From the NCBI GenBank assembly GCA_049510745.1, contig JBEKYR010000031.1, positions 1 to 64,000 on the forward strand: a DNA stretch of 64,000 bases. Reading direction: 5' to 3'. The position numbers and the translations under genes were made by a program. The number at the start of each line of letters is the position of its first letter. Position 1 is the stretch's first letter. Of the stretch, positions 57,173 to 64,000 are shown one piece after another. The notes beneath the pieces were generated by a model. The model did no database searches, was not told where the DNA came from, and worked only from the letters and a program-made list of their open reading frames with translations. Source of the stretch: Verrucomicrobiota bacterium. GTDB lineage: Bacteria > Verrucomicrobiota > Verrucomicrobiia > Limisphaerales > Palsa-1400.

Positions 57173-58327
57173 ATGAGTCGAAACGAGCCTAGCGTGAACT
57201 GTATCCGGCCTTCGAGGTCGCTCCTCTTCTTGCTCACGTCCATGGGGCTGGTTTTCGTGGGGCTGGTCGATCCTCTTTCCGCGCGCGCCGCATCCGTGAC
57301 CGTTCCGCCCAAGGCCGGGGGTGAAGGGATTCAAAAGGCCCTGGACCACCTGCGAAAAGGGGGGGAAGTTCTGCTGCGGCCCGGCACTTACCTTATCCGC
57401 CAGCCGATCCTCCTGCGGCGCCCTCACCAGACGCTGCGCGGCGCCGGTCCCGCCACCGTTTTGCTGTTGGCCGACCAGGCCAATTGCCCGGTGGTCATCC
57501 TGGGCAACCCGCTCGATAAAGGGAATGGGCCGACCACCGGCCTCCGGCTGTCCGATCTGCTCATTGACGGGAACCGGACCAACCAGCAAAAGGAACTCTG
57601 GCGCACCGCCATCGACGGCGGCGCGATCAATAATAACGGCATTGACATCTGGGACGCCGACGGCGTGACGGTCGAGCACGTGGTGTGCTGCCGTTGCCGC
57701 TCCGGCGGGATGGTGACTTCGGCCCGCACGCGCCGGTTGACGGTGCGCGACTTGACGGCCTTCGACAATCAATTTGACGGCCTGGCTTGCTATCTGACTG
57801 AGGACAGCCATTTCAGCCAATTGTCCCTGCACGACAACCGGGCGGCGGGGATTTCCCTGGACCTGGATTTCAACCACAATGTCATCGAGGGCGCCGTGCT
57901 GACCGGCAACGACCTGGGCGTCTTCATGCGGCAGTCCCGCAACAACACCTTTGCGCGGCTGACGATTGAGCGAAGCCGCCGTCATGGGGTGTTCATGGCC
58001 CAAACCGCCGTGAAGGCGCCCGCCGGCTGGCGGCTTTGCCCCGGCACCGAATGCACCGGCAACAGCTTCGACAAGCTCTTGATCACCCATTGCGGCGGGA
58101 TGGCTTTTCTGGTCAACGACGCCTCCTGCAAGAACAATGTAATTGACAGCGGCCAGTTTTTCGACAACGCCCAGGGCGGATTATCCCAGGCCCCCACCAA
58201 CCCCGTGACGGTCCGCGTCCTGGTCGAGCAACCGGCGCCGGCGTCCGCCGATCCTTCCTTGGCCCCGGTGGCGCCTCCGTCCCGGAAAGACACCGTCACC
58301 GACCCCGCCGACCTCGAAGCCATGTAG
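57173..58327 (+). CDS. Secreted right-handed parallel beta-helix (pectin-lyase-like fold) protein
   Basis: IQKALD..GGEVLLRPGTY, TLRGAG.AT, LLIDGN, repeated N...GI/GV turns. Confidence 0.8.
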   Translation: MSRNEPSVNCIRPSRSLLFLLTSMGLVFVGLVDPLSARAASVTVPPKAGGEGIQKALDHLRKGGEVLLRPGTYLIRQPILLRRPHQTLRGAGPATVLLLADQANCPVVILGNPLDKGNGPTTGLRLSDLLIDGNRTNQQKELWRTAIDGGAINNNGIDIWDADGVTVEHVVCCRCRSGGMVTSARTRRLTVRDLTAFDNQFDGLACYLTEDSHFSQLSLHDNRAAGISLDLDFNHNVIEGAVLTGNDLGVFMRQSRNNTFARLTIERSRRHGVFMAQTAVKAPAGWRLCPGTECTGNSFDKLLITHCGGMAFLVNDASCKNNVIDSGQFFDNAQGGLSQAPTNPVTVRVLVEQPAPASADPSLAPVAPPSRKDTVTDPADLEAM

Positions 58328-58430
58328 CCGCCGCGGCGCGTCCGCCGCGCTGCGCGCCGTTCTGTTCAAGGATTATGGGGCAACTGCGTTGCCTTGAGCC
58401 TGACCGATCTTCAGCAGCAGGAGATAGCGA

Positions 58431-61400
58431 TCAAGGGTGGACCATCAGACGATAGAACCGGGAGCCGGTTTTCTTGGGGGAATCGGTCACGCTCATCGGG
58501 CGATTCGTGGGCGTCCCGGGCACGTCCTGCAAAGGCGTCCAGCAGCCATTGCGCAGGTCGTCGCAGTACTCAAGGCGATAGTCGAGATTGGGCTGGGCGT
58601 TGAAACCCAAAACGACGCTGGCGGGACTGAATTGAATTGAATTCAACCAGGGCCGAGAGCCTCCTGGCACCGCCTCGCACAGCCAGCACACAGCGTCAGC
58701 CATGATGAGCGGCGATTGGGGGCCTTTCAGGAGCGCATTGGAAATATAAACAATCCTGCCGTTGGCCGCCGGTCCTTGATGAAACTCGATGCAACAGGCC
58801 GCGTCGCCGACGAGGCTGCCATTGCTGAACATCGAAATCCAAGGCACGTAATGGTCCGTCGCCGACACCTGCGTCGGGTCGATCAAGCCAAATGCCCCCA
58901 CCTGAGATTGAGGGAATGGAAAAGACCGGCTCACGTTCGGCATCGTCACCTGGTTGGTGTCGATCTGGAAAACCGCGTTCGTCGGCGCGGCGTCATAATG
59001 AACCCAAGGCAGCCCCAGGGAGCACAACAACCCATTGGTTCCTTCCACCGGACCTGTGTCCTGGCCCGCGTCGCAGGCAAAGTAGAACGGAGACGGCGAC
59101 GGGGACATGACCACCAGCGTGCCGCCACCCTGCAAATAATTGAGCAACGCGGCCTTGCCGTCGCCGTTGGTGTTGACGTTGGCGTAGTAATCGTCGTCCC
59201 CCATGTAAAAGGCCAGCGGGAAGAGAGTCGCGTTGAACGCATTGGTGTCCGCGTACTGGGTGGGCGAAAGTGATGTCCACCAGCACGCCAGGCCGTTGGT
59301 GCCGGCAAAATCCAGGGCCGGCCCACGGTAATCAAATGTTTGCCCGGCTGGAAGCAAGGCGATCCGGCCCGCCGGAGACTGACTGAAGAAATCCTGCAAG
59401 GCCGCCTGGGCCAGCCGGGCCTGTTCATCCTTGACAAAAGACGCCGCCGCACTGGAAAGCCCCGGCTGGACCCACTGCCAGGAGGTGGAATTATTTGTGC
59501 AGGCGGTGACGCCCATGACCAGGGAACCTTGTGGGTCCACCGCCACCACCCCATGCCCCGCAGGCAGCAGCGCGTAGTCCAAAAGAACCATTCGATTGAA
59601 CATGGTGGGCCATCCCCGCCAAGCCATCACCGGGGCGCCACTCAATGACAGATTGCTGCTGTTATTGGTGAACGGCGAATCCAGAATCAGTTCAGGTTCC
59701 TGACCCCCAGGCGCATCCTCGGGCGGAGAATACGCCACAAAGATGGCATAGGCCGAAGGGGCGGCCAACGCCGTGACGTTCGTGGCGGCGTAAAGACGCT
59801 GCTGGTAGGGCACCCCATGAATCCAGTGCAGCCCCGGAACAATCCCGGCGAACGAATGAAAATCCGTCCAATCCTGCGGCAACAGGCAGGTGCCGGCCAA
59901 AGGCAGCGTCACAAAGGATCCATTGGTCATCGGTTGCACGGCCGATTCGGCATAAACCAGCGAGGCATCAGGCAAAAAGGGCGGCGTATTTCCGGCGGGT
60001 GAACCAATGGTTATGGTGTCGCCATTCGCCACCCCGAAAAGATACAACGAACTGGGGGATTGGACTGGCCGGGACACGCCGGCGGAGCCTAGCGCCAGGC
60101 CATTCCGCGTGACCGTGTTGGTGTGTATGTTGACGAACGGATACGAGAAGCTCACGTCAAAGGAGTTGGTCGAGGATGACACGATGGTGAACGAACAGGC
60201 CCCGTTGCCGCTGGTGCGGTAGTTGGTTATGTCCGCCGTCGTCCCGCCCTTGTTAAAGGCGATGCAAGCGGCGTCACCGGCCACCACCCGCAAAGTCGAG
60301 TTGCCGACCGGCTCCATCAGCGCCAGCGGTTCGGTGAACCCATAGTCATAGCGGCCACCCCGCCCGGGACCTGAGTCGGGGACCAGTCCATAACCCTCCG
60401 TCAGCCCGTCACTGGAAACAGTGAAGTCAGCCAGCGACGGTTCGTAATCGGCGCGATAGAGAGTGGGCCAGCGCTGCAACATGCCCCGCAAATAAAACCG
60501 CATTCGTTCATCGCCCGTCTGGACATAAACCTGGACCAGGATATCCAACATCCAGCTCATCTCGTTGGCGCACCCCAGTCCCGCCCAATCCCGGCCACTG
60601 TTAGGCTCGGCCAGGAACGCGCTGTCCACCGGCCCATCCCAGAAATCCGAGTCCATGGCCCAGACACTCAGATAACGCCACACCTGGTTTCGGGCCAGGC
60701 TCAGAGCCTGGGCCGCACTGTTGCTGCGAACCGGGTCAGTCTTAAAAGTGAAGTAGTAATCGAGGAGAAAAGACGCGCCCAAGGTCGCCCCAATTGCGAA
60801 AGGGGAAGAGGGAACATCGTGAATCTCGCCGCGGGTCCAGACAAAATGCCTGGCCCAATTGAAAAGACCGTCGATGGCCGCCAGGTAATTGGTGTCGTTT
60901 GTGCCGCGAGCCAGGTCATATCGGTAAAGCTCCACCAGGACGCGCGCCGTGAACCAGCCCTCTGAATTATGGAGGGTCGTCGCGTTGGTGCCCCCATAAT
61001 TGGTCAACCAAGCCCCTTCCAGCGGTTTGCTCCAGTACAGGCAGGCGTCGTTGCCGACGTTAAAGTGCTGCGCATACTTGTTGAGCAACGTGCCAAGCTG
61101 GCTCCTGACCGTGCCAAGAGAAGTGCCCTCCAGCACCCAGGCATCGACCGGCATTTCACGATGGCCCTTGAACCCGGCCAGCGCCACCGTCCCGTCCGCA
61201 AAATAATCCGGGTCGTTGACGCTGCCGTACAACTCCGTTCCAACGGGAGTGATGAAATCGTTCAGGCGGGCCACGCCGGGAATCCAGGCCAGATCATTCA
61301 TGGCCGGTACCCGCGGCAACGCATTGGTGTAGCGGCTGAAAAGCCGCTCCTGAAATCGCTCGTTCGGATCTTCGGTGCCCGGCATATTCGTGTCGATTAT

Positions 61401-62219
61401 CAGGCTGCACGAGGCGGAGATGCTTTGGTTGGTGGCCGGATACGTCTGGTTGCCAAAACGGGAACCCCCGCAGGGATACGCCAGGGCGATGAAGTTGGAG
61501 GACGTTCCCGCGCCCCAACAATAGACTGTGGCGATCTGGCTCTCGCTCTGGGCCCAAGTCGTGCGCGATGCCTGGAAATCGTACCCGGCATAGAGGCTCT
61601 GCGAGGGGTCCCATAGGCCGATCACGGGAATGGAATGACCCGCCAGCGGGCAGATATAGCCCCAGTTGCGGTTCCAACTGCAGGAGATTTCAGGTGTGTT
61701 GTTGTGCGGGTCTATCAGCAGGGGAAAAATGTCCGCCGCCGGCGTGGCGTTCAGCCACCCGCGCTGGTGCCATACTTGGGCCGTTGGCATCGAGCAAACC
61801 AGGAAATGAAACGGCGCCGGTTGGTTGCTCGGGAAAAGGGCGTTCCATTTCGTCTGGTTGAAGGAGACGAAGGTGAGCTGGAAACTTATGACCGGTTCCA
61901 GGGCCGAATTCGTGGGGAGACTCAAGGTGACGAAGTCGTTTGTGGCAAACACGACGGCTTCCGAATCCTTTGCCCGAAGCTGCGACAGCGTGACGCCATT
62001 GGCATTGGACGTTACATTGTCGGCCACCAAGGCGCCGTTGGCCGCCAGACTATTGGTCACATGCGCGTTGCCGGCCACCACTTCGAACCCGTTACCATCC
62101 ACATGTCCGATGGAGTACATGGAGGTTTGGGCCTGGCAGCAATACCAGGCGAGCGAAAGACAGCAACCCCCTGCCAGGCCCCGGATTGCGACCAGGCTGC
62201 GCAAACACGTTCTCGTCAT
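58431..62219 (-). CDS. Large secreted hypothetical protein (possibly carbohydrate-active) with C-terminal domain
   Basis: 1262-aa ORF, signal peptide ending CQAQ, Trp/Tyr-rich core, ALLNYLQGGGTLVV segment, ends SRFYRLMVHP. Confidence 0.75.
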   Translation of the reverse strand: MTRTCLRSLVAIRGLAGGCCLSLAWYCCQAQTSMYSIGHVDGNGFEVVAGNAHVTNSLAANGALVADNVTSNANGVTLSQLRAKDSEAVVFATNDFVTLSLPTNSALEPVISFQLTFVSFNQTKWNALFPSNQPAPFHFLVCSMPTAQVWHQRGWLNATPAADIFPLLIDPHNNTPEISCSWNRNWGYICPLAGHSIPVIGLWDPSQSLYAGYDFQASRTTWAQSESQIATVYCWGAGTSSNFIALAYPCGGSRFGNQTYPATNQSISASCSLIIDTNMPGTEDPNERFQERLFSRYTNALPRVPAMNDLAWIPGVARLNDFITPVGTELYGSVNDPDYFADGTVALAGFKGHREMPVDAWVLEGTSLGTVRSQLGTLLNKYAQHFNVGNDACLYWSKPLEGAWLTNYGGTNATTLHNSEGWFTARVLVELYRYDLARGTNDTNYLAAIDGLFNWARHFVWTRGEIHDVPSSPFAIGATLGASFLLDYYFTFKTDPVRSNSAAQALSLARNQVWRYLSVWAMDSDFWDGPVDSAFLAEPNSGRDWAGLGCANEMSWMLDILVQVYVQTGDERMRFYLRGMLQRWPTLYRADYEPSLADFTVSSDGLTEGYGLVPDSGPGRGGRYDYGFTEPLALMEPVGNSTLRVVAGDAACIAFNKGGTTADITNYRTSGNGACSFTIVSSSTNSFDVSFSYPFVNIHTNTVTRNGLALGSAGVSRPVQSPSSLYLFGVANGDTITIGSPAGNTPPFLPDASLVYAESAVQPMTNGSFVTLPLAGTCLLPQDWTDFHSFAGIVPGLHWIHGVPYQQRLYAATNVTALAAPSAYAIFVAYSPPEDAPGGQEPELILDSPFTNNSSNLSLSGAPVMAWRGWPTMFNRMVLLDYALLPAGHGVVAVDPQGSLVMGVTACTNNSTSWQWVQPGLSSAAASFVKDEQARLAQAALQDFFSQSPAGRIALLPAGQTFDYRGPALDFAGTNGLACWWTSLSPTQYADTNAFNATLFPLAFYMGDDDYYANVNTNGDGKAALLNYLQGGGTLVVMSPSPSPFYFACDAGQDTGPVEGTNGLLCSLGLPWVHYDAAPTNAVFQIDTNQVTMPNVSRSFPFPQSQVGAFGLIDPTQVSATDHYVPWISMFSNGSLVGDAACCIEFHQGPAANGRIVYISNALLKGPQSPLIMADAVCWLCEAVPGGSRPWLNSIQFSPASVVLGFNAQPNLDYRLEYCDDLRNGCWTPLQDVPGTPTNRPMSVTDSPKKTGSRFYRLMVHP

Positions 62220-62297
62220 AAATCCGCTTTCAGCGTTTTATATCGGCTCCTTCAGGCCAGGACTTTAACAATTTTCATACTCGGCCCATTGCAACGA

Positions 62298-63599
62298 TCA
62301 ATTGGTTGCCTTGGGCTGAAGAGGAATTTCCAAAGGCACCGGCTGTTTGTCCCTCAAACGCCGGGCGGCATCTCCGACGAGCCTCAAATACCAGTCGCTT
62401 GGCCGGCCATCGTAGCCGACAAAATGTCCTTGCGTGGGTGGAGAACTGGTCACTTTAAAAATGGCCGTGCCTTCGTCCACCTCGTCAAACATCGCCACAT
62501 ACACGGTGTCCGCACCCAGTTTCGACAACTCATGGAACTGCTCCCAGAGGAACTGGCCGCCGCGACGAGCGATCAGGCTCCTTCCCGGCGTCAGCCGCTG
62601 TAGATTATCCCAACTGAAGCCTGGATAGACCACCGGGATCCAGAGCATTCCCAGTCGTTTGCATTCGCGCTGATCTTCGGCCCAATAATAAGTGGCTGCA
62701 TGTTTCACGCCGGATTCATCTCGGACATAATTGCCCACATTCCAAGGGCAGTAGGCGCCGAACCTCCGGTAAAATTTCTGCCAGGCCGGGTCGGGATTGC
62801 GCCGCCAGTTCCAATCGCCGCCGCCGAGAAGGAAGGCTGAATAACGGCCCGAGGTTTGGAAAAAGTCAATCAGGCGGTTGGCCAGTTCAGCGCTCATGTG
62901 GTTATTATCGTTCTCATAATAAAAGCCCCAGATTTGCACCGCTGGCCGGCCGCCTTCATGCAGGTAACGTGGATCTTCCACAACTTTTTCGTCCACCATT
63001 TTCTTCCAATCCGCAGTGAGCACATCGAAGACCTTTCCCTCTGGCAGGCCGGCGATGTCATAGGAAAGCGCCCAGACCCGGCCCGTCTCGAGCGCCGCCG
63101 CTCGGACATGGTTGAGCACCCGCATACGGGAGGGATACCGGTTCGCAATCGGTCCGCCGGGCAGGTCCACGAGAAAGTGTTGCAGCCAGGCGCCATCAAT
63201 GCCGTAATCGCGCATCCACTCGAAATGGCGAAGCACCGTTTGGGCATTATCAGAACTGAACAACTCCGCCTGACTGCCTCCGGGGTAGGTGAAACCAGGC
63301 GCGGGATAACGCTCCGTGGCAGAGTATTCAGTCATGTCAGGCCACAATTCAAACGTCAGGAGATTCGTCGCAATCTGTTGCGAATCGCGGCTCCAATGAA
63401 TCCAACCCATATTGGCGGCATCATTTGGGCAGCGGAACCAACCCTGGTAACCACACATTACCTTGCCCCGCACCGACCCGTTATCCACTTCGGCGCGGCC
63501 CGGCGGATTTGTCGCCGGTGCTCTTTCCTCAGCGTCAATTGACAAAGCGAGGAGCAGAAACGCGAGCAAGCAATACGGCATGAAACGGGCAAATCTCAT
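62298..63599 (-). CDS. Secreted glycoside hydrolase, GH71/GH99-like
   Basis: KVMCGYQGWF, WPDMTEY, HFEWMRDYGIDG, YDIAG, PVVYPGFSW, YVAMFDEVDEGTAIFK. Confidence 0.85.
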   Translation of the reverse strand: MRFARFMPYCLLAFLLLALSIDAEERAPATNPPGRAEVDNGSVRGKVMCGYQGWFRCPNDAANMGWIHWSRDSQQIATNLLTFELWPDMTEYSATERYPAPGFTYPGGSQAELFSSDNAQTVLRHFEWMRDYGIDGAWLQHFLVDLPGGPIANRYPSRMRVLNHVRAAALETGRVWALSYDIAGLPEGKVFDVLTADWKKMVDEKVVEDPRYLHEGGRPAVQIWGFYYENDNNHMSAELANRLIDFFQTSGRYSAFLLGGGDWNWRRNPDPAWQKFYRRFGAYCPWNVGNYVRDESGVKHAATYYWAEDQRECKRLGMLWIPVVYPGFSWDNLQRLTPGRSLIARRGGQFLWEQFHELSKLGADTVYVAMFDEVDEGTAIFKVTSSPPTQGHFVGYDGRPSDWYLRLVGDAARRLRDKQPVPLEIPLQPKATN

Positions 63600-63762
63600 C
63601 AGAGCGCCTGAAAAGGGTTCTCACTTTTCACGGTTTATATGAATGAACTCTTATTTGAAACGCTTCCAGATTTCTTTTCAATCGTTGTCTTTGCCTTCCT
63701 CCTTCTTCCTTCTTCCTCTTCCCGCTCTTGACATCTTCCCGCCCCGCCCAAATCTTTGCCCT

Positions 63763-64000
63763 TTGAACTCGACCCCTCCCACCGCCGAACAATTGGAGGC
63801 CATCGCCGCCCGGGGCGATGTCCTGGTCGTGGCCGGCGCCGGCGCCGGCAAAACACGCACCTTGGTCGATCGCTGCCTCGCCTGGCTGCTCGACGACAAG
63901 AACCAGGGCGGCGTCGATGAAATTCTCATGGTCACCTTCACAAAGGCGGCCGCCGCCGAGATGCGCCGGCGCTTGCGGGCCGGCCTGGAAAGCGCCCCGT
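63763..64000 (+). CDS. addA: N-terminus of a UvrD/AddA-family helicase(-nuclease), partial
   Basis: Own translation (absent from ORF track): TAEQLEAIAARGDVLVVAGAGAGKTRTLVDR...ILMVTFTKAAAAEMRRR; TTGACA at 63728. Confidence 0.8.
   Translation, partial: MNSTPPTAEQLEAIAARGDVLVVAGAGAGKTRTLVDRCLAWLLDDKNQGGVDEILMVTFTKAAAAEMRRRLRAGLESAP

Noticed and set aside
63688..63725. Pyrimidine tract cttcctccttcttccttcttcctcttccc
   Set aside because: Short and low-complexity with no inverted partner; insufficient to call an element.

Overview
GC-rich bacterial chromosomal window. Gene content suggests Verrucomicrobia, probably subdivision 3/Pedosphaera-like (inference from H-X9-DG prepilins, TIGR02999 ECF + STK, TIGR04073 and secreted proteins with a shared C-terminal domain). 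Housekeeping genes include hppA, a SigA-family sigma factor, apt, thyA, tatAC, ispE, rarA, 5-formylTHF cyclo-ligase, rny, dxr and the start of addA, plus a probable 6S RNA. Accessory content includes large secreted repeat proteins (NHL, PD40, BspA/LRR, beta-helix), an ECF-kinase module, tandem prepilin-like genes and two toxin-antitoxin-like pairs. Main observations: (1) an uninterrupted ~750-aa ribonucleotide reductase alpha homologue that keeps its ATP-cone and candidate tandem NrdR boxes but lacks the thiyl-radical Cys, the YY dyad, the specificity-site region and the C-terminal cysteines; (2) four unrelated secreted proteins ending in the same ~65-75 aa domain, a candidate sorting signal; (3) an AbrB-fusion plus ART/RES-like gene pair; (4) a duplicated ECF-type promoter block; (5) a sigma54-type promoter before an orphan small ORF; (6) several small inverted/tandem-repeat elements, one of which supplies the stop codons of both flanking genes. 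All family assignments come from motif recognition by eye; no searches were run.
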